Below the pieces are notes generated by a model. The model was not told where the DNA came from, did not search any database, and saw nothing but the letters and a program-made list of their open reading frames with translations. This document shows positions 15,178-29,366 of a DNA stretch of 64,000 nucleotides, piece after piece. Source of the stretch: Octopus vulgaris (Eukaryota); assembly GCA_951406725.2 (NCBI GenBank), contig OX597817.1:39308001-39372000 (forward strand), in the 5' to 3' direction. Numbering within the stretch: position 1 is the first letter of the stretch; each line of letters starts with the position of its first letter. A program made the translations under genes and the position numbers.

Positions 15178-16073
15178 TTTGGTCATCTCATAAATAATGC
15201 GGGTTTTTTCAATTGAATGAACTAAAAGTTGGAGGGAGAAGGAATAAACTACCTGCATCAACTTGCTATAAAAACAGGTAATAATTTTACCTTGTCCCTA
15301 TTCTTAGTGCAAGTTTTGAAGAATGCAGTTCGATTTTAACAGTTATTTTTTCAAAGCTATAATAGGAGTAACAAAGGAGTATATTCGTCATATTTTGCTT
15401 TATGAGTTCAATAAAGATAACAACAGAACAGAAAGTGCGAGGAATATCGAATGCAGTATATGGGGATTGGACAATAAGCGTATGCCACTGTCAACGGTAG
15501 TTCAAGAAATTCCGAGCCGGAAACTACAGTCTAGGAGACGAGCCTCGTCCTGGAAGATGTGTAGAGCTCGACGAGGACATCCTGCAAACCCTGATGGAAG
15601 AAAATCCCATCGTAACTGGTGAGGAACTAGCAGAGAAGTTTGGATTTAGTCATTCAACCATTCATCGACACCTGCGTGCCATCGGAAAATGACCTTCTTA
15701 GGTTTCAAGATGAAAGGTATTCTTCCATCAGGATAATGCTCGGCTACATACAGCGAGGATGACATTCCAAAGGCTGGAACAATTTGAATGGGAAACGATG
15801 CCCCACCCACCATATTCACCTGACATTGCCCCATCTGATTATCATTTATTCCGCTGTCTTCAAAATCATTTGGACGGAAAAAAATATGAATTCTGTAGAC
15901 AAGATTAGAACAGTATTGGAGGAGTATTTGTCCACGCGGTCTAGTGAATTTTTGGAAGAGCATTGTAGAAAATGAAGGAAAGTATATTTTAGATTAAAAA
16001 AGAACTTTGTTTATCTTAATTTTTAATAATAAAAGAAGTATTAAAAACCCGCATTATTTATGGGATAACCCAA
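15178..16073 (+). mobile_element. Internally deleted mariner DNA transposon
   Basis: About 31-bp TIRs (TTTGGTCATCTCATAAATAATGCGGGTTTTT / AAAAACCCGCATTATTTATGGGATAACCCAA) flanked by TA; frameshifted transposase with IRHILLYEF HTH, HQDNAR and HPPYSPDIAPSDYHLF motifs. Confidence 0.93.
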
Positions 16074-16797
16074 TATATTCGTATATATGTACATACATAC
16101 CCATGTATACGTATGTATGTATGTATGTATGTATGTATGTATGTATGTATGTATGTATGTATGTATGTATGTACGTATGTTTGCTTCTGTCTGTGTTTAT
16201 GCTTGTCTTTGCGTTTGTCACTGGTTGGTAAAAAAACAATGTCTGTGCTTGTTTCGTTACCCAGTAGCAAGATAAATAGGTATTGCACACAAGCTTGCGT
16301 GCGCACTTACGTTTCTACACACACACACAAATTTCTCTCACGAATATTGTAGACCAACTGATCGATTCAATTCGGTCAATGTATTAAGGTCTCTATTTTT
16401 ATCGAACTTCGAAGGAATTGAAAATTGAAAAAAAAAACTCGCTAACTTCAGTGGTATTTTAATTAAAAAAAAACCCATTAAATAAGGACTACCCGAATTT
16501 ATTAATTCATTCAGTGTTAATACAGTGACAAATCCATGTTTTCCCAACTGTGTTTAAAGAAATTTGTATCGCTATATGTCCACAGCAGAATAGACGACAA
16601 GTTTGAGTCAATGAATGAGTCTCCTTACGCTCGCTAAATCTACTCTATCCCAAAACTCCAATCATCTTTAAAACAAAGGATACATTAAATAATGTCTTCA
16701 ATATACCAATTGAAGGATGATGATGGCTGTAATGTCTTTGTTCATAGTTTTGGTCTCAATCTCAAGGGCGGCCTTGCGTAACATCAACAGCAGCAGT

Positions 16798-17030
16798 GGA
16801 GGCGCAATGACCCAGTGGTTAGGGCAGCGGACTCGCGGTCGGAGGATCGCGGTTTCGATTCCCAGACCGGGCGTTGTGTGTGTTTATTGAGCGAAAACAC
16901 CTAAAAGCTCCACGAGGTTCCGGCAGGGGGTGGTGGCGACCCCTGTTGTACTCTTTCGCTCCAACTTTCTCACACTCTTTCTTCCCGTTTCTTGTCCCCG
17001 ACTTCCTACGCAACCGCTGAGCCTGGATGC
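16798..17030 (+). mobile_element. SINE family R
   Basis: GGAGGCGCAATGACCCAGTGGTTAGGGCAGCGGACTCGCGGTCGGAGGATCGCGGTTTCGATTCCC tRNA-like head. Confidence 0.8.
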
Positions 17031-17489
17031 GCATTCATCCATACGGCGATGCTCTCGGTGTCGAGGGTTGACCTGCTTTATCTTCTGCGGGTCTTACGAA
17101 TAGCAAAGGGCCATGTTTCGGACTTCTCCCACTACAGACAATCCAGAGGCGCGATCTTGTGAGCTCTGGGACGAAGACCGATTCGCTCAACAGCAGCAAC
17201 ATCGACCGCGAGCACGACAACAGCAAGGCAATACGTTGCGAAATAAATGCTTGAGTGTTTTGGCGGCAAAATGATCCATCATCAGCAGATTTGTTAATGT
17301 TACTTAGAGAAGTACGCAACAATATCCGTTTTAGTATTGGTTTGGTTCTGGTTTGCAGGACATGCAACGTTTTAATGCCTTACTCGACTGCATGAGCAAA
17401 CGGCAGAACGAGTCACTATCCAGATATATATATAATAATCAATATATCGTTCGCTGCACTACTCACACATACATGTATACACAGACACT

Positions 17490-17540
<51 letters not shown>

Positions 17541-17819
17541 TCACACACACACACGTGTAGAAATAGATAGATATAACTGGATATGTATGTTTATGCGTTT
17601 GTCAGTGTATCACTATATTGACCAAACTATGGGATGTTATACACCCCTAGTCACAGTGCGTCTTTGCATTGTTGTAGCTTTTGAATGGTGTCACCGCGCT
17701 GGCTAGGTGAACAGGCCGATGTTCGCCGCTCTAAACGGAACGTAAGTCCGTTGTAGGGTTGCCCATTTACAGCTAAGTGTTTATACACACACACAAACAC
17801 GTTTATATATACATGCATG

Positions 17820-17856
<37 letters not shown>

Positions 17857-18854
17857 CTTGTAGAAAGCACCAACACGCCGTTGTGAATGCAGTGTGAGCC
17901 ACTTAAGAATATTACTTGAGTAATAGAAAAAAATATATATATGGAAACCACACCACGAAGTATTTCCTATCTAACATACTGTTTTCATAGCTAGATGCAT
18001 ACGTGAAGTTATGTCGGCGGTCTGTAGGCGTTTGTGTGTAACGGAAACATATGGCTGCTTTATATATTATGCACTAAACATCCTTGAGTGGACCTATTTT
18101 TTGTGATATTTCTACTCTTCCTTTTCCTCTTTCGCGGAGGGTGGAGTCTTTTCTGTTTCTTCTTCAAGAAATATTACTTCTCTACTAGTTTAGTACTACG
18201 CCTTCTCCACCAACACACTTATCGCTACCACTACTATCATTTGTCGCCATTTCTCAATTGTGCTTATGACTACAGCTATCACTGATGTCATCATCAGCCA
18301 TCAACACCCTCTGTAGTTTATTTATTGTGTCATTTGTCGCTCACGTGGATGTCAAAGGAGTAAAATTCTTGCATAGTTTGGTTAAAATACAAACGTTCAC
18401 CGATGTTTCCTACCACGTGTCCATTCTTAAACACACGCATACTAAGGGACTTGTGCATTCTCCTTCTTGTTTTTGTTCCTTTTCTTTTTTCGCTATTCGA
18501 CGGCATATTGGATATTTAACGCCAAGACGTGTTGCATCAGCCAGCTATGAGTCATTCTTTCACACATAGATAAACCACCAAGGCGTTGAAAATACGACGC
18601 CTGCTCTTTTAACCTTTCTAACATTACACGCGAGGAACTGAGAAATACCCCCACTCTCATTTTAAAATGATTTGCCAGATAAAAAGTTGTCGTTGAACGA
18701 AACCAGTTCACAAAATATTTTTAGACATGATTTCATTGTACCATATTCCACATCGTTAAACGCTAGTTGCTATTTTTTTTTTTGACATCTTTTTTTTTAA
18801 GAGAACATATAGACTGCATTATTTTAATATTATCTTAATACCGTGTGAGTTTTA

Positions 18855-19430
18855 ATTACGGCTCCCTACGTCCTGAGTTCAAATGCCACCGTGGTCAACT
18901 TTGCTTTTCATCTTGAGCTTGATAAAATAAAGTACAAGTCAAGTACGAGAATCGATGCTATGGACTAAACCCATCTCTAAAAATTGTTGGCCTTGTAAAA
19001 ATTTGAAACAGTTATTTTAATATTATTATTTTGAAGCCTCAAGTAGCCGAGCTGGTACGTTAGCGGCATTTCGTCAGTCTTTACGGCCGTTGCCTTTCAT
19101 CTTTTTGGTGTCGATGAAACAAGTACCAGTTGAAAACTGGGATCGATGTGATCGAGTTACCCCTTCCCCAACATTGCTGGCCTTGTGCCAAAATTTGAAA
19201 ACATTATTTTGAAGCCTCAGGACGGCGAGCTGGTAGAACCGTTAGCATGCTGGACGAAATGCTAACCCGTCTTTACGTACTCTGTTCAAATTCCGCCGAG
19301 ATTGACTTTGCCTTTCATCCTTTCGGGGGCAATAAAATAAATACCAGTTGAGTACTAGGGTAGATTTAATCAACTAGCCCCACTCCTCAAAATATCAGGC
19401 CTTTGGCCTATAGTAAGTAGAAAGAATGAG
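18855..19430 (+). mobile_element. Three tandem degenerate SINE family M copies
   Basis: Repeated GCCTTTCATC..GATAAAATAAGTACCAG domain; spacer ATTATTTTGAAGCCTCA repeated near 19024 and 19203. Confidence 0.7.
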
Positions 19431-22279
19431 TTTGAAGCTAGTGCAAAACGTGAGGCCATAAGTCGAAGCTTGTTCAGTTCATGTCTTAACTCTCAGCACT
19501 GCTTGTGTCTTTGTTAATAATCGTTGTTTAAATATTATTATTTTTATAATTTTAAAAAGTTGCTTTAAAAGTCAGTACAATGTAAACTGTTGCTATCGCA
19601 TCGCCGCAGGTCAATCTAAATTGAATATACTCACACCATATAAGCAGACGGCTGCTGAACGACTATGGGCTATTCACAGATGTACGTTTCCGGATATACT
19701 GCAATACTTCCGTTAGTTAAGGACCTTACTGTAGATTCTGCTATTCATTTTATGAGGTATAGTGGTACTGCCTGAGGGACATGTGTGAATTCTCTACGCT
19801 TTTCTTTCTCACATTAGAGCTTTAATATCTAACACAATCATCTGCATCGATCTCACTTATAAGGAAAAGTCATGGGTGTCCATATAGCATGAATTAAACT
19901 CGGTGAACTTTCTGTAAACCGAACTGGTTACAGAAAGCAAATCTAATTCAGCATTCTACTAATTCGTCCAAATTTAATGAGCAAATTTGATAAAGCTAAA
20001 CAAACTACAGGTAGATTATCATTTTTTGGCAAGAGATTGTTGAATAAGCGTACATGTGTGTGCACGTTTGTTTTGGAAGATAAGAATGACTCCCGCCACT
20101 ATTACTACGGAACTGGGATTGGTACAATAATGATTTCTAACTTTGGCTGACAGCCATACATTTTGGAGAAGGAAAGGGGGGTAGACGTGATTGAATCGAA
20201 TCTAAGAATAATACTGTTGCTTGTTTTATTTACCCTCGAGTGTTGAAACGTAAAGTTGATCCGGTTGGGTTTGAACTCAGAACGTAGAGGCATGTGACTG
20301 CAAGTAATTTTGTCCAGTGTGCTACCAGTTCAGCTACCTGCAGCCATTTTGATAGAAGGGCAACTTGCGGGGGTAGGGACAATACGAATTGTTCAATGTA
20401 ATAATGTTTGTTGCAGGGTTTGGAGCTAAGACTTATTAGTCTGGTATCTTAATTATTCAGCTGCTGCCATGGTTACATAACATGTGCTCGGTGTTTATGT
20501 TATTAAAGCTAATTTATAGACTAAAGACGTTTTGTGCATATAATTAGAAATTAGCATTTCAACAGGTTTTCCATCACAAATTCATAATGAAAACAAGCAG
20601 TGAGTCATTACATGTGGTCAGTTGACGTGCTAAAAATAGTAGCTAAATTTCCCTCATATTCTACCTTATCTTAAAAAGAAACACAGATTAGATAATGGTG
20701 TTCTAGAAACAATAACTCTGAATACAGTATGAGGTGACCACGTCTGGAACACCTTTGATCATATGTTTATTTAATCAAGGCTTGCACCTGAACAAAAACA
20801 ATACACCCAGGGAAATATCTCAGGGAAAATACAATATTCTTCTATGTAAAATCACTAACAATATTAATATTTTAATTATTATGTACTAGTTGCGTACTGG
20901 GATCGATCTAATCGACTGACACCCTCTTCAAAAAATTCGGACCTTCTGCCTAGAGTAGAAAAGAATATTAATATTTTAATAGTGAACCAGATTTCATCTC
21001 ACTGATTTTCCTCGACGACTGCATGATACATGCTTTCATAATTTTGATACCAAAATATTTACAATAATGTTCAAGTTCCCGCTATCCAAACTGAAGGTAA
21101 AAGAGTTGTGTTTTCTTGAAGCTCATAAATTGGTTCAATCATAAGATTAATTGAAATATTTGGTATCTCTTAGTTCTGATACAACCAAATTGTTGGGATG
21201 TCTGCTTCTTCATTGAGAGGCCTACGGTCATATTCTGCCATCAGAGCAAAGCATGTTACCGGAAGAGCTATAAATTAGCTCCAAATGGAAATATACAGCT
21301 GTTGGTAATGTGAGCACCGTCTAACTGTCAAACGTTAAATACACTTACCCAGCAGTTTTGTTATTCTATCAAGGCAAAATATCTGTTCTAATAGTGTCCT
21401 AATAATGAAGATGTTTCTTAGCTGCTCAACACGTGAAAATCTGGTGCTGAAGTATACCCCATCTCACTACTCAAGGGATACTTTGTGAATGCGATGATAG
21501 ACACAATAAACTTGTTACCCTGCAGCGTAGCCTTGCTTATTAATTAAGCAATATCAATAAATAATACTACGTTGTGTGATAGAAAAGTAGACTTCACAAC
21601 CACGTGCTCTCAGGATTCATCTCACTGTGTGGCACTTGGGAAAAGTCTGCTTCAAAAGTTAGGGTTAACCAAACTGTTGTGAGCGAAATACAGTGACCAG
21701 AAATTTGAAGACAATAGCATAAATAAAGTAAACCTGAATCAAATGAGAGTCGACTAGCAAACCTAGCTTTTCAGGAGGTTGCGTGGTGCTTAATTTCCCC
21801 CTTGCTGCTGTCATTACGTTAAGCCTTTTCTTATGCTAGAAACGTAGCAAAGGAATGGGTCACTGCTTGGTCACTAAGCTTGCTAGAAATAACAACCAAA
21901 TGTCCCTCAAGCTAAACTCTAATGTCTTAAAAAAAGAAACACATATCACAATGTAGTCCAGAATATTGTAGAAAGAAAAAAGAAGAGAGGATAGTGAAAG
22001 GTGGAAACCCTTTGATCATAGGTTTGCTGGATCATACCGGAACTAGAGTTAAACAAAATGAACAAGAAGAAAACTACAGCAACAACAACAGCAGCAGCAG
22101 CAGCCGTTCAAGAATTTGGACTTGGAGATCTCCATTTCCAGCGACTTCGAGGGCCACCTCCCAGTGGTGTCGGGCGTCAACGAAGAGCCCTCGACTACAA
22201 CAAGACGACTAAAGTTTTCTTTTTCCAAGGTCTGGGGTCTCCCGCCCCTAAGCCCTAGAACTTCACCTAATCACCCTTA

Positions 22280-22577
22280 CCCGTCTTGTTGCTTAACAAC
22301 AACAACAACGGCAGCAGTAAGAGGAAGGAGAATAAAGATAAAAAGTAGTGGAGGAGGAAGAAGAAGGGGAACGGGAGGAATAGAAGGAGTGGAGGAGGAG
22401 CATCAGAAAAAAACAAAGAAAGTGATGAAGAAAGAGAAGAAAAGAAAAAGAAGCTCTATCACCACCACCACCACCACTACCATCACCAACTTAGTCTGAT
22501 AGCTCTCAACTCTTTCTTTACCTGCCTGACATATAATTTCTACGTGTTGTTGATACAAGAGCCACCTGACATATCGC
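22280..22577 (-). other. Candidate non-coding (5' UTR or lncRNA) exon
   Basis: Long polypyrimidine tract plus CAG acceptor (about 22578-22635) and GG|GTAAG donor (about 22275-22281) on the minus strand; no convincing ORF. Confidence 0.3.
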
Positions 22578-23035
22578 TGACATGGGAAATGAGAAATAGT
22601 AAAACAAGAGGGGGGAAAAAAAAAGCAGAGAAAAACCAATTGACATAAGAGAGAAAATATGAAAGAATCTTATAAAAATGTTTCAAGACAGGAGCAGCCA
22701 TATCTATGGCATTCTTTACATATTTAGTTCTTGTTATGCCATACTTTGCATAGTTACACTATTGACAAAATTATTTCCTCCTCTTTTGTCACGAATGTCG
22801 TCTCAGACACGTTCGCACGCATATAATGATATATACATAAATATACACCCATATGTATGTATGTACGTATGTATATGCCACTTACAAAAACATATATGCA
22901 TATCTATTAATATATGTGTTTATATATAGATACACACATATATACACACATCACACATATACACCCGCGCACAAATACATACAGCGTATATATGTATATA
23001 TATGTGCATGTGCTTATTTCTCTCTCTCTCTCTCC

Positions 23036-23082
<47 letters not shown>

Positions 23083-23106
23083 TAGATAGAAAGAACAAAC
23101 TTACTT

Positions 23107-23680
23107 AGAAATAGATGCGTGCGTTCCATCATATAATAATAAATTAATAAATAAAACATATGCATATATACATACATATATGTACTACCTACATCTACAT
23201 GAAAAAAAACGTCGAACACAATGAGAAACGAAAACATAAACACAAAACCAAGGAAATGGACATTTTTCTCAAACAACGAAAAAATAGAGTACAGAACATA
23301 CAACACACGGAAAATTCCCCTTCTTCAGTCGCCCCTGTTTCATCTACTCCGCGTTTCGAAGGTTAAGGCGAGACACGACTTCAGGGAAACATTCCTTCCC
23401 GCAAAAAGCAAATTAAATAAAATTTGAGATTTTTTTTTGTGGAGGGGTAAAAATGGTAACAAAAGCAGGACAGTAAAGACAGTACGAATTATAAACAGTA
23501 AAAGACAGGGCAAGGAGAATAACAGTAACACAGACAATGAGGGCTGTTAAGCCAAACGAAAGAAAATATTACGAACGCTTGTTGAGAACGGCAGAGAGAG
23601 ACACAGGAAAGCTATCTACACTCGAGGGAAGCGAAGTCAGAAAGACAGTAGTTTTCTCGTCGCTGTTCAACGACGGGACA
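23107..23680 (-). other. Candidate upstream exon of the same minus-strand transcript
   Basis: Donor TAA|GTAAGT at 23106-23101; repeat-free, relatively CpG-rich sequence. Confidence 0.25.
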
Positions 23681-24103
23681 GAGGAGGAGTAAGAGAGAGG
23701 GGGGAGGGAATGGTTGTAGAGAAAACCAGAAAGAATGAAAAATGAGAGAGAGAGAGAGGGAGAGACAGTAAGGTAGAAGAAAGAATGAAGGCTGAGAAAG
23801 GGAGGGGGACAGAAAGGTTAAGAGTGCGCATCATTATTAATATTAAGAACAAACTTACTTAGAAATGGATGCGTACGTTCCGTCATATAATAACAAATTA
23901 ATAAATAAAACATATGAGAAGGGAGTCGGTTTCTAATAAAGATACAAGGCTCCATCTTTGGGAAGTAGTTAACATAGACAAATTCACATTTGGAACTTGA
24001 GAAAAGTCTTGCATATTTTTACTGTTCCACTCTCAGATTGCTGTATGTATGTATGTATGTATGTATGTATGTATGTATGTATTAATGCATGTACACGCAT
24101 ACA

Positions 24104-24217
<114 letters not shown>

Positions 24218-24229
24218 CGACTCAAAATT

Positions 24230-24420
24230 GTACAAAAGACAAAGATACAAAATCATGGTCAGGTGAGAGAAAAACATGCAAGGTGTATTAGTTTGACACT
24301 CAGGAGAAATGTAAGACATCTTTGATGTTTCCAACATATGCTCTTCTACAGAAAGGGATGAGTAGAGAAAACAGATGGAGAGAGTGAACAAAAAAAAACA
24401 AAAAACGGAGAGACAAAAAA
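24230..24420 (-). mobile_element. Penelope-like terminal-repeat fragment with degenerate minimal hammerhead (24319-24356)
   Basis: Minus strand CTTT-CTGTAGA-A-GAGC-ATAT-GTTG-GAAAC-ATC-AAAG, then CCTGAGTGTCAAACTAATAC; homologous to 63415-63490. Confidence 0.55.
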
Positions 24421-24578
24421 ACATGTCTGGATTAACGGTTGCACCTACCTACTTACTTATTTACCTACCAACTTACCTACCTACATGCATACATACATAC
24501 ATACATACATACATACATACATACATACATACATACATACATACATACATACATACATAATATATACATAAATATATA

Positions 24579-25012
<434 letters not shown>

Positions 25013-25071
25013 TAATACATAACCTACATAAATACATACATAACCTACATAAATGCACACACACACACGGA

Positions 25072-25132
<61 letters not shown>

Positions 25133-25967
25133 TCTATCTTAAGAGTCTGGTTAAGTCTTTAGGTACCTTATGGGATACATCACAACTTTGCATCTGGTTT
25201 GGTATCACACTATCCTGAATACAAATGATGATATGCTCAAGATCGCTAATCCTTCGGGGATCGATCAAAATACGTAACTATTTGTCATTAATTTGCTTCC
25301 TTACCATCGCTTGTCCAATTAAGATTCCAGTTATAATTACAGATAGATGTCTATTCTAAAATTATCTCTGCCAACGGGTGTGTCATCAAATAGGCAGTTC
25401 ACGTGCACCGCTACCAGGGTGTATTTAGCAAAAGAAAGTATTCGCTAGAAAGTTTTGTTTACAAACGACCGAGAAATAGACAGCTGTTAAAAATAACCGA
25501 GAAATATTCATGCGCACCGTGTGCCATAAAAATACGCCCGTCTTTTGTTTTCGTTCCAGCGTTGTTTGGTTTGTCTTACCGATGGTCGATTTCTCTCAGA
25601 TTAGTTCTTGTCAGACTTCTGAATATTCAGGTGCCAACAAATTAATATAATAAATAGTTTCAATTAAAGTTACGCTTTCTCTCAAAAAGAAATGTAGAAA
25701 ATGGCATTCCTATATAAGTGTGCCCTCCACTGACTTTGTTTCATCATGTCTTTCAGATTAATCGATGTCTTTTCATGAAATCTTTTTATTAATACCTTCC
25801 AGACGGTGTAGATTCCAATTATATCGGAATTTAATCGAAAAAAAGGAAATGAAATGACAAAAAATGGTGAGTGTGCATAGACACACATTACAATTTTCAT
25901 TTCTTTCATTTTTGCACACACACACACACACGTACACACATACACACAAACACACATACACAAACAT

Positions 25968-25998
<31 letters not shown>

Positions 25999-26100
25999 CA
26001 AACACACACACAAACACACACATACAAACACACACAAACACACACAAGCACACACACATACACACACACATACAAACACACACATACACACACACACATA

Positions 26101-26157
<57 letters not shown>

Positions 26158-26907
26158 GACGTGTGTCAGTATACTTGCGTGTGCTCCCAACAGTTTTCTC
26201 CACATTAAATTCCGACTATATCGGAATGTACGCTATCTGAAAGGTATTTATAGAAAATCTCATTTAAAAATATCTATTTTTCAGAATGTTATGAGGAAAC
26301 AAAGACAATGTGGATGGGTGGCGGGAGGTACACTTGTGTAAATATGTCAAGAAAAAATAATGCTCTAACAAAGTAATTTCATATTCCTTTTGAAAAATGA
26401 CGTACATTTATAATATTAGTGAAACGTGTCTTAAGTATTATCTTCAACGTGGTTATCGCTATTGGAACGAATGTATTATCATTAAAATTACTACCATCGG
26501 TAGTTTCCTTTTAAACATTTTACACCCATCTCAGATGTTGGTACACTTTTTTCTTCTCTTTTTCTATATTTAAACAATGTGTGCGCTTATTATTTTATAC
26601 AGAATGAACGTAACAGGCGATGATAAAAATAATCGTGATGGCGCTGGGGGAAGTTAGAGCAATATAAAAAGAAAAAAATGTACAAAAATGTACAAAAATG
26701 GGGTGGGAATTATGAAAAGAGAATGCCGTATTTTGTTAGTAACTGAATCTAAGGACGTGTAGCGATGATTCAATAACGGAAGAAAAACCTAAATTGTTTA
26801 TTTTGGCATCAATATGTTAAAGGTTTCGTTCGTTGCCTGAACTTATGACACTCCGTTTCCATGGGAGTTGGTTTAATTTATGTACTCTAGTAGCACACGC
26901 GCTAATG

Positions 26908-27074
26908 TATTTATTTCTTTATTGCCCACAGGGGGACTAAACATAAGAGGGGACAAACAAGGACAGACAAAGGGATTAAATCGATTACATCGACTCCAGT
27001 GTGTAACTGGTACTTATTTAATCGACCTCGAAAGGATAAAAGGCAAAGTCGACATTGGCGGAATTCTCGCCGCC
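26908..27074 (-). mobile_element. SINE family M with Tx1-like tail, head deleted
   Basis: Homologous to 8929-9112. Confidence 0.8.
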
Positions 27075-27083
27075 CTACATCTC

Positions 27084-27488
27084 TCTTACTCTCTTACTTG
27101 TTTCAGTCATTTGGCTGTGGCCATGCTGGAGCACCGCCTTTAGTCGAGAAAATCGACCCCAGGACTTATTCTTTGGAAGCCTAGTACTTATTCTATCGGT
27201 ATCTTTTGCCGAACCGCTAGATTACGGGGACGTAAACACACCAGCATCGGTTGTCAAGCGATGTTGGGGGGACAAACACAGACACACAAAAATATTCACA
27301 CACACATACATACATATATATATATATACATATATACGACGGGCTTCTTTCAGTTTCCGTCTACCAAATCCACTCACAAGGTTTTGATCAGCCCGAGGCT
27401 ACAGTAGAAGACACTTGCCCAAGGTGGGACTGACCAGGAACCATGTAGCTGGTAAGCAAGCTACTTACCACACAGCCACTCCTACGCC
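27084..27488 (-). mobile_element. SINE family C
   Basis: Full-length reverse copy of 2037-2447. Confidence 0.88.
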
Positions 27489-27744
27489 TAATATACTCCT
27501 ACTCACTAATATATTATAGACCAAAGACGGCCAAGTTGTTTAATAAAAAGAGCCACAGATATTTTTCACGTTTACGTAGCACAGATGTTTTTTAAAAAAA
27601 GGTATAAATATGAAAATATACAGTGAAATAATTTTACTCATTAAAGTAGATTAATTAATCTCTGCTCGTTGAAGATTTTTATTGGGTCTTCATTTTTGCA
27701 CTTAATACTTTAAGATCCAACTGGTAGGGTTTCTTATCTTTTAT

Positions 27745-28152
27745 CTTTTACTTGTTTCAGCCATTAGACTGTGGCTATGTTGGGGCACCACCTTGAGAAA
27801 TTGCAGTCAAATGATTCAACTCCAATGCTTCTTTTTTAAGCTTGGTACTCATGTACTTATATCGGTCTCTATTGCCGAACCGTTACGTTGTGGGGACGTA
27901 AACACACTAACACCGGCCGTCAAGCGATGGTTGGTGACAAACACGGACACACACACACACGCACATACACACACACACATACACACACACACACGACGGT
28001 CTTCTTTCAGTTTCCTCCAACCAAATCCACTCACAAGGCTCTGGTCGATCTGAGGTTATAGTAGAAGACACTTGCCCAAGGTACCACGAAGTGGGACTGA
28101 ACCTAGGGCCATGTGGTAAACAACTTCTTACCACATAGCCACTCCTACACCT
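27745..28152 (-). mobile_element. SINE family C
   Basis: Reverse copy, more diverged. Confidence 0.82.
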
Positions 28153-28330
28153 ATGTAAAAGTTGTTCTATGAAAAGATGAAACTAAAACCCAAAGTTAAA
28201 TTTGGAGCCGCACAATATATCTTTGAGCGTGCACGAGTCTCCCAAGCCGCAGTTTGGCCACCGTTGTTATCGATTAAACTATAAAAAATAATGGTTCTTT
28301 ATTAATAAACCGTAAAATATTCAACTATTA

Positions 28331-28692
28331 GGCGCAGGCATGGCCGTGTGGTTAAGAAGTTCGCTTTGCAACCACGTAGTATCGGGTTCAGTCCTACAGT
28401 GCGGCACTTTGGGTAAGTACCTTCTATCATAGCCCCGTGTCAACCAATGCCTCGTGGAAGAATTTGGTCGCTAGAACTGCGTGGAAACCCAACATATGTG
28501 TGTACGTTTCTGTGCTTTCCTCATCAATGCTTGACAATCGATGTTGGTTTGTTTACGTCGCCGTTTTGACAAAAGGGACGGATAGAATAGAGATCAAACT
28601 TAAAACAAAAGCACTAGGATCGATTTGCTCGACTCGAGACCCTTCAAGTCGGTGCTCCAGAATGACCGCAGTTCAATGACTGAAGCAAGTAA
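28331..28692 (+). mobile_element. SINE family C, older copy
   Basis: Homologous head and tail. Confidence 0.75.
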
Positions 28693-29183
28693 ACGCTAGG
28701 TGATACTATACATTCGGCAATGTACAATGTTACAGTGTAGATTCTAGCTTCACTGTTAATTAGATCTGTTTTGTAGAGCATGAAAGCGAGCGTGCTTCCA
28801 CAACCTTGTATCATTTAGGAAACAAGTAAGGGATTACCATCATCATGGTTGCATTGATGGTGGTAGTGGTGGTAGTGTTGGTTGGTCGTCGCCTTCGTCA
28901 TCATCATCATACATTCATGACTACCACTATGGCTGCTATTATCTATGTCCTATTACATCTGGATTTTCACTGCGTACACTGTGTGTAACAGGCAAATGTA
29001 AACATCTTGTTATGTAAAATATCGTAGCGGACACATATAACTATCGTTTCTCCTACACTGTATTAGAATTTGTATATATACAGCAATTATATAAATGTAT
29101 GTGTGTAGTTGTGCGTGAGTGTTAGTGTGTGTGTGCATGTGCGCGCGCGCGAGCGTCTATCTATCTATCTATCTATCTGGGCG

Positions 29184-29255
<72 letters not shown>

Positions 29256-29272
29256 ACTATGTCTGTCTGCAT

Positions 29273-29366
<94 letters not shown>

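Noticed and set aside
16798-16870. tRNA gene
   Set aside because: A/B boxes continue into a multi-copy SINE body; no proper acceptor stem or terminator.
29109-29366. N-terminal extension of the 712-aa ORF
   Set aside because: In-frame (TCTA)n and flank with a non-ATG start; the LINE is 5'-truncated at about 29367.
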